Assembly (NCBI GenBank): GCA_043228905.1
Contig: JBHGNT010000001.1
Coordinates: forward strand, 32,612,001-32,676,000
Reading direction: 5' to 3'
Length of the DNA: 64,000 bases
Origin: Azolla caroliniana
Lineage: Eukaryota; Plantae; Polypodiophyta
Shown here piece after piece: positions 60,601-64,000 of this stretch. The notes under the pieces are model-generated. The model did no database searches. It saw only the letters and a program-made list of their open reading frames with translations, and had not been told where the DNA came from. Position 1 is the stretch's first letter. Every line of letters starts with the position of its first letter. Both the position numbers and the translations under genes were made by a program.

Positions 60601-63429
60601 ATCACCGGCTTAAATAAATACTTCAGTGTAGAGTAGAACCACTCCACCTTATCAGAAATCCGTCTATAAAATATTCCTTTGTCCCAGATGGCATGAAACT
60701 CCAATCGTTTGAGTTCGACGTTACAATGGCCTAGGTTGTGACAGTGAATCAGTGACATTCCTTTCGACTCGCCAGCAACAATTAAGATGCATGAAGCAGT
60801 ACAGGTCGAGGTTTCATTGCCACTGAAACCAGCCTTAACAACCTTTGATGGCAGTGATTAACACTTTTACACATAAATTCTTTCACTCAATTAATAAGTA
60901 CGATTTAGAAGAGAGCAAGAGTTTAGATAATTTGACACAATACACCGATTGGTCAAAGCTTGGTGCCTCGGTAGGTATTTCTTTATCACTCAAATTAGAG
61001 TCAAATTGATTATAAGAACAGAGTTTTTCCTTCAGCCAGCATAAATCCTGAGAAAAACAAACCCCACAGGAGTGTCCAAACCGACCTTCTCTACTACTAA
61101 AAAAACTCAATATCACAAATCATAAAGATTCTCAGGATACTCAGAATTCGCAATTTCTGAAATCAGTAACATATCACAAAACTCTAATTGCTTATCAGTT
61201 AAAAGAGGCATTAGCTTCAAGTTGCCGTAAATGAGAGCGAGTATCCTCCCAAATGGGAGAGACAAATTGGTAGGTAGTGATTACGTGATTGATAGTATAT
61301 GTCACATTACCATCATGGCCATTTGGTCAGAGTGGAATTCTTTCATTGGCTGCAATAGTACTGTCCCACACTTCTCATACTGATGGCGTTGTCCCATAGT
61401 TCAGACCATTTATGGAGTTGAATTGTGAGTATTGAATGTTCAATACTGGACTTGAGGATTCATGCATAGATTTGGTGTTTCTACATGTCTCTAGGTCACT
61501 TCCATAAGCCATAAGCATGATATCTTTTGCGTGCTACTAGGACAGCAGTGTAAGAGATGTTCAGAACAATATATGAATTCTTTTGCTCTATGTGTTCTTG
61601 CCAGGACAGAACTTCAGCACAATTAGTGTGCTTGACTGCATTTTGTACATTGTTGAGCCAATCCTTGTGCATTGTTGTACATTGGTTTCTTGCAGCGATA
61701 AGATTGCAGCATAATAAAGTAATTAATTAAGAATGCAAGACATGAAATTGGAGAAGAAAGAAAGAAAGAAATATTATTGTCTATGAAAGGGCAAATTGAC
61801 CTATGAAACCAAAGCATTTTTACAAAACACTAACAGCGGTAGTTTCTAGCTCATCAGAAATGTGATGAACATTCTATTAACAAATGAAAGTTCAAACTTG
61901 GGGGCATGTCCTAATTGTTTACTTCTAAATCAAAAGGTTTACTAGCATGGCCTATGACCCTTATGACGGTTAACGATAGATTTTATCTTTTTGAGATAGC
62001 GAGTTTGTGGACAAAGAGATGCCAAAGGTCATCGCAATTTTGCAGGATATGAGTGTTGTTGCTCTTTCCAGGGTAACAAACTCCTCTAAGGCATGTTTTA
62101 CTATGTTTTGCGCTTTGGGGTACATATATGGGTGGGATAAGATTTTTTGCAAGGGTCCAAATCCTTCTCTAAAGAGGTTGTGATACTTTCCTCTGATTTC
62201 ATAGAATACAGGGTATCAACATGTATGATGTTTCTCTGTTTCAACATTGAGAAAGCATCGCTGTCAGAGGTGGTTGTTTCGTTCCAGTCCTCAACAGTTT
62301 CCTCAACATTCTCCATTAGAGAAGGTGAGTGAATAAATAGATGCAAAAAAATGCAGTTGTATACGCAAAGATATTATCTACTCTTTAAGGCGGTATTCAT
62401 GGTAGGCAGGATCTTAAGATAAACTGTTCTCTTTGGTGCAATTACTGTTGCAGATCAAAATCCAAGACCTATTCATAAAACAAAATAAAACCAAAAACAA
62501 CAAAAAGGAACTCCTGACACCCTATCTCTCAAGAACAAGGTTTTATACAACGCTATATAAACCAAAATTTGTTGGGAAAAATAGTTCCACATTTTTTACT
62601 GATCTCTAAAATAATCCTTCTAACCTAAAGATTATTTGAGATTTGTCTATGGGTTAAAACATCAGATTACCTGTCGCAAGCAGATTTTTTCAAAGCTGCA
62701 CCAATAACATAAGAAAATCATACAAACTTGTTCCCTTTCTTCACTAACCACAGAGCATGAATGGAGCTTTCTTCGCTTAACTGCTCCTTATCTTCAGATG
62801 CTCTATATTTGCATTCAAGGACTTTATATAAACCTTACACAGCTCCAAAGGAGATGTTCACGATTATATTCAGCCCTCCATTCTCTTCTTAATTTATCTA
62901 GGACGCATTCATTGATAAGAGGTTCCTATATTCTAGTAATGACGAGTCATGATTGATCTTTCATGATGACATTTAGGCAAGTGTGCTATTTCATGATTAT
63001 ATTCAGCCTTCCATTCTCATCTTAATTTATCTGGGACGTATTCCTTGAAAAGAGGTGCCTGTATTCTAGTAATGATGAGTCATGTTTGATCTTTCTTGAT
63101 TGATACTTAGGCTTACTGAGTTAAGTCTGCCTACTAGAAACATATATAATGGTACACACCATAATAGTTCTTGGATCTGATAGTAATTGTAACATTTTCA
63201 TCTTCAAGGAAATAAAGCAATAACTATAGTTCAAGCAACAACCGAGCAATTGTGTACCTGTTCAAAGATCCAATTATCATCAACCACATGGTTTGTGTTT
63301 GTGGCCTTGCTTTCAGAGATTTTGGGAGACACAATACCACCAAAGAATTCGCTTATTTTAGAAGTTCTATTTTTGGGTACAATGTGCAATTCCCTCCAGC
63401 CTCGGTGTCCACGCATCATCTCATCCATC
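57656..63429 (-). CDS. Protein phosphatase 2C, clade I / PPM1G-like; 5' exons lie beyond the window
   Basis: Exons 63429-63258, 59969-59844, 59763-59640, 59564-59488, 59398-59346, 58068-58014, 57766-57656. Motifs [79 protein letters not shown]. Confidence 0.96.
60290..62346 (-). pseudogene. Decayed, apparently intronless, unidentified coding sequence inside the 3.3-kb PP2C intron
   Basis: A chain of long reading-frame segments is broken by isolated stops and frameshifts. Differences from the 29.3-kb homolog are often synonymous in the frame [32 protein letters not shown]. Confidence 0.55.
62858..63112. repeat. Diverged tandem duplication, 133-bp period, PP2C intron
   Basis: TCA(C/T)GATTATATTCAGCC...TATTCTAGTAATGA...TTGATCTTTC...TTAGGC at 62858-62978 and 62991-63112. 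Confidence 0.9.
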
Positions 63430-64000
63430 CTATAAACATTAGCAAGCAAGAACCGAATGTACTCTCTCTATAATCACAAAAAGAATGATTAAACCCCAAT
63501 GCAATTAGGTGAAAAGAGAAGGAAAATTCAGAATATTGCGCAACAAGTATGACAGATGCTTGTGATTTTCTATCACATAGAATCACCTCAAAAAAGCACT
63601 ATGAATACTTTTTGATATGTCTTCTCTCCTATATTCTTCACTTCGCAAGAGTTGATCATGAAGATGCTTAGCACAAAACCTCGATACAGCTTTCCCTGAA
63701 CACAATTACATATATAAATATAACTGGACACTTTTGGTGAAAGTGATCCTAAAATATCTTTAAGTTGAGAACATCAATCAGGGAAGTACACATAGACATC
63801 TGCTGCATATTCTCATGTTAAACTCTAAAGCTTAAGATGCCAAATGAACAACATCTGGAGGATCGCATCGATGATCTATAAGTTCTTGTTCTGAACCACG
63901 TTTATAGAATAAAAAAACTGGAGAAGTGACACACTTTTCTTTGGTTCGTAACTTTTCCATAAGAAATATTCCTATTCGAGCAAAGCTGAATTTTTGTCTT

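Noticed and set aside
60990-61200. Resemblance of [21 protein letters not shown] and RFGHS to a rhabdovirus L protein
   Set aside because: The spacing is wrong, the GHP motif is not intact and no polymerase motifs follow. The region is left as unidentified.
3716-63429. A functional gene cluster linking the seven genes
   Set aside because: The functions are unrelated (chaperone, peroxisome, RNA decay, transcription factor, phosphatase), and nothing in the sequence indicates co-regulation.

Overview
This is AT-rich, intron-containing land-plant genomic DNA. Gene content and LINE type suggest a non-seed vascular plant such as a fern, which is inference only. Seven spliced protein-coding genes can be rebuilt by hand from GT-AG boundaries: (1) an unknown 293-aa multi-pass membrane protein resembling the membrane anchor of class III nucleotide cyclases but with no catalytic domain (+, 3716-5342); (2) a full-length Codanin-1/discs-lost homolog with 15 exons and about 1478 aa (-, 6479-15492); (3) cytosolic HSP90 with a perfect heat-shock element (-, 17670-20661); (4) a PEX11c/d/e-type peroxin (-, 32471-34192); (5) a ZFC3H1/Red1-like zinc-finger protein (-, 38473-48259); (6) a divergent HD-Zip I factor (+, about 54077-55383); (7) a clade I/PPM1G-like PP2C that runs off the right edge (-). 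Mobile DNA includes a very young intact Ty1/copia element (23767-29187) nested in decayed LINE sequence, a copia-type solo LTR inside a ~73-bp duplication, a Mutator-type MITE with a 9-bp TSD, and two copies of a (GA)n-embedded SINE-like element. The most notable observations are the plant Codanin-1 with apparent ASF1-binding motifs, the stand-alone cyclase-type membrane anchor, the SINE-like element with two convergent tRNA-like modules, and a decayed unidentified coding element in a PP2C intron with a homologous fragment at 29.3 kb. All coordinates were read by eye and no database search was run.
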